Assembly: GCF_963506605.1 (NCBI RefSeq)
Contig: NC_083282.1
Span: 43,772,001 to 43,836,000, forward strand
DNA: 64,000 nt
Direction: 5' to 3'
From: Zootoca vivipara
Taxonomy: Eukaryota
Under the pieces are notes generated by a model. That model did no database searches. It was not told the origin of the DNA and saw nothing but the letters and a program-made list of their open reading frames with translations. Positions 61,687 to 64,000 of the stretch are shown here, piece after piece. Position 1 is the first letter of the stretch. Each line of letters begins with the position of its first letter. Position numbers and translations under genes: made by a program.

Positions 61687-64000
61687 TATAGCAAAAGACT
61701 TGGAGGTGATAAGGGAAGACCTTGGTGGCAGGAAAAAGGGTCTCTCTTTGTGTGACAGTTTTAGTCCTTTGGTGACGGGGGGGGGGAGGGCACTGAGGAA
61801 GAGGTGGGTGGAAATTAGAGGGGGCAAAGGGGGCATTGGGGAAAATGAGGGGAATATGGGAGGTAGAGAAGACTATATGCCTGGGTTGGGGGAGAGAGAC
61901 AGTTTTAGGACTTGGCAATTGGTGAGGAAAAACCTGGAGAGGATGAACTGAGGAGACAGTAGATGGAAGTGGGTGAGGTTAAAGGGTACATTCGCAATCC
62001 TGTGGAGAAGCAAGACAGAGTATTGGGAGATCTGTCAATGTCCCTGCCATCTTGCTATAATCAGACTTTTCCCTATTTCATTCCTCAGCTGCTTCAGATG
62101 AAAAAGGTAAAGCATGCAAAACCTTCAAATATTCCATTGTACCCTCATGAAATATATTTCACTACTGGTACCATGTGTTGGATGGCCACGGGGCACAGAA
62201 AGGAAGGATTTCCACAAGCCTACTGTGCTTGGCCCAGACATGTGGGCTTCAAACAGCCAAGACAGAACACCTGAGCTTGGGGTCACCGTGCAGAACACCT
62301 GCTGTAGTATGAAGCAATAGCAGTAAAGCCCATTGATCTTCCACTGCAGCCCCAGCCCCAGCCCTCCTTCAGCAGCCACATATGTTGAATGAAAAGAGAG
62401 GGCTAGCAAGCAATTAAGAAGAGCAGGCTGTGCTTGCACAGGATTTGTTCTTTTCAATAAATCATTCAAGTCCATGTGAGAAACTTACAATACGAACATC
62501 ATATAAGAGGTTTCTGGACTCTATCTGCTGGCAAACAAAGCTGGGGCTACACTCTTATCTGTTCTGCTCCCTGCCATCCTACAATATTTCAGGGTTGTTT
62601 TTTAAAGAAACTGGATATCTGGTTCATTTGGAAAGATGACTTTGCATTACAGCTTTTTAAAAGAAGAAAAAAACACCCTACAAAAAACAGAATCACAATG
62701 CTCTTGTTTGATGTATAAGGTCACAAATTCTTTTAAAGCTTCTGGTGACATTTGCATGGCCATTAGCTTTGCAGGACTGTTTTGCATAGGCAAGTAGCAT
62801 CAGACGTGTTCTCAGCAGTCCTTTGAAATCTTCCCCTTCTGAAACAAGAATGAAACCTGTGGGCATTCTTCTGCCACCAAGTGTCTCTGTGTTGCTGAAG
62901 ACTATTTCTGAAATGTCACTAGATGCATTCTGACTAAGAAGACTCATGCGACATTTTATTGCAGGTAGGGTTTTTAGATTTTGCATAACATGCAAGTCTA
63001 CAGTTATATGACTCTATGAATGTTGGCATTCATAGTATAGCAGAATTGTGCCTTGGGAAGTTTGTGGGGAGTGCTTTAGTAGTTGTTGCAGAACACACTC
63101 ATGAAATGCATACCTATCAGGCAGAAGTGCAAAAGATGTAGTTTGGGGTCACCAATGTGATGCTCATGGGAACCAGTGCGCCCCAAGGCAATGTGAGTTA
63201 TCTGGTAGGCGATCAGCTCCCCTAGGTGCTCACTTGCTGACCCAAATGACACTCCAAGCTGCCCTGGTGCCTTCTTAGGCCTAGTATACCTTCTGCTTTG
63301 CCTTTCTGCCTGCACTCAACCCAGGTAGTGACAGCACAGGAAGGAGCGGAGGTGAGGACCAACAGAATGTTGTGAGCTTCAGCAACTACTCAATGATGCC
63401 TCCCTCTGATGTTGGCCTTGCTACCAGAAGATGATAGAAAATATTTCCACCTTGGGTTTTATCTGTTCCCACCCCCCTCAGTTGATGTATTATTTCACAA
63501 TTAGGATTTAAGAATTTAAAGGCCTGATCTGAGTGAAAGGAAGACCTTTCTATATTCTTTGAGAAAGTTGATATTCAGCTTACCTTTACTGTAGCTGGCT
63601 AATTTTGCAGTGAATGAAGTGGGTGGCACCATAGCAAGGGAGTTCAATGAGATCAGCAGGGAGTTAATCGCAAAGCAGAGCTTGCTCCCCAGGAGGAGAC
63701 AGCAGAGCAATCCTGGCACTTCGGAACAAAGACCATCCAATTAGCCATTTTAGTTCTTTAGCCAAAAAACAATGCATGGTCACCTTGGAGACTAGCAAAT
63801 TTATTATGACATAACCGTTTGTGGACCACAGTCTGCTTCAACAGATCTATAAAATATATTCCTAAATTAGCAAGTATATATATGGAAGGGGAATGTGGAG
63901 GAGCAAGCAGTTCCCAGTCATACCAACTTTTTATTGAAACAGCATGGGAGCACTTCAAATGTCACTGCACCCCCACATGAATGTGCCCACCCCAATTTCC

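Noticed and set aside
52000-64000. Expected syntenic neighbours LURAP1/POMGNT1; small ORFs such as 63516-63740 with a GTAAG donor
   Set aside because: No recognisable coding similarity; the region reads as repeat-rich intergenic or UTR DNA. A translated search would be needed to exclude small exons.

Overview
Vertebrate genomic DNA from a squamate reptile, probably a lacertid lizard (inferred from Sauria SINEs, BovB and the MITE families). It carries the conserved amniote block FAAH-like(-) / NSUN4(-) / UQCRH(-) <> LRRC41(+) >< RAD54L(-). I rebuilt the exon structures by hand from GT/GC-AG boundaries and codon phase: NSUN4 6 exons, 414 aa; UQCRH 4 exons, 90 aa; LRRC41 10 exons, 805 aa; RAD54L 18 coding exons, 744 aa, needing one GC-AG intron. 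FAAH-like exons 1-4 are present, with exon 4 cut by an N gap and the gene running off the left edge. About 52-64 kb has no recognisable gene. Introns hold many hAT MITEs with 8-bp TSDs, Tc1/mariner-pogo MITEs, SINEs, RTE/BovB/CR1/L2 fragments and a young Penelope-like element. Best leads: (1) a minimal, palindrome-type hammerhead ribozyme in the Penelope terminal repeat, plus a second copy with a G12A change; (2) a palindromic hAT MITE family carrying the ZNF143/THAP11-type ACTACAAYTCCCA motif, with copies at the NSUN4 and RAD54L promoters; (3) a possible alternative coding first exon for UQCRH; (4) a 78-bp fold-back in NSUN4 intron 2; (5) a weak GC donor in RAD54L competing with an out-of-frame GT donor. 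No wholly new system is demonstrable from sequence alone. Gene names come from recalled homology, not database searches.
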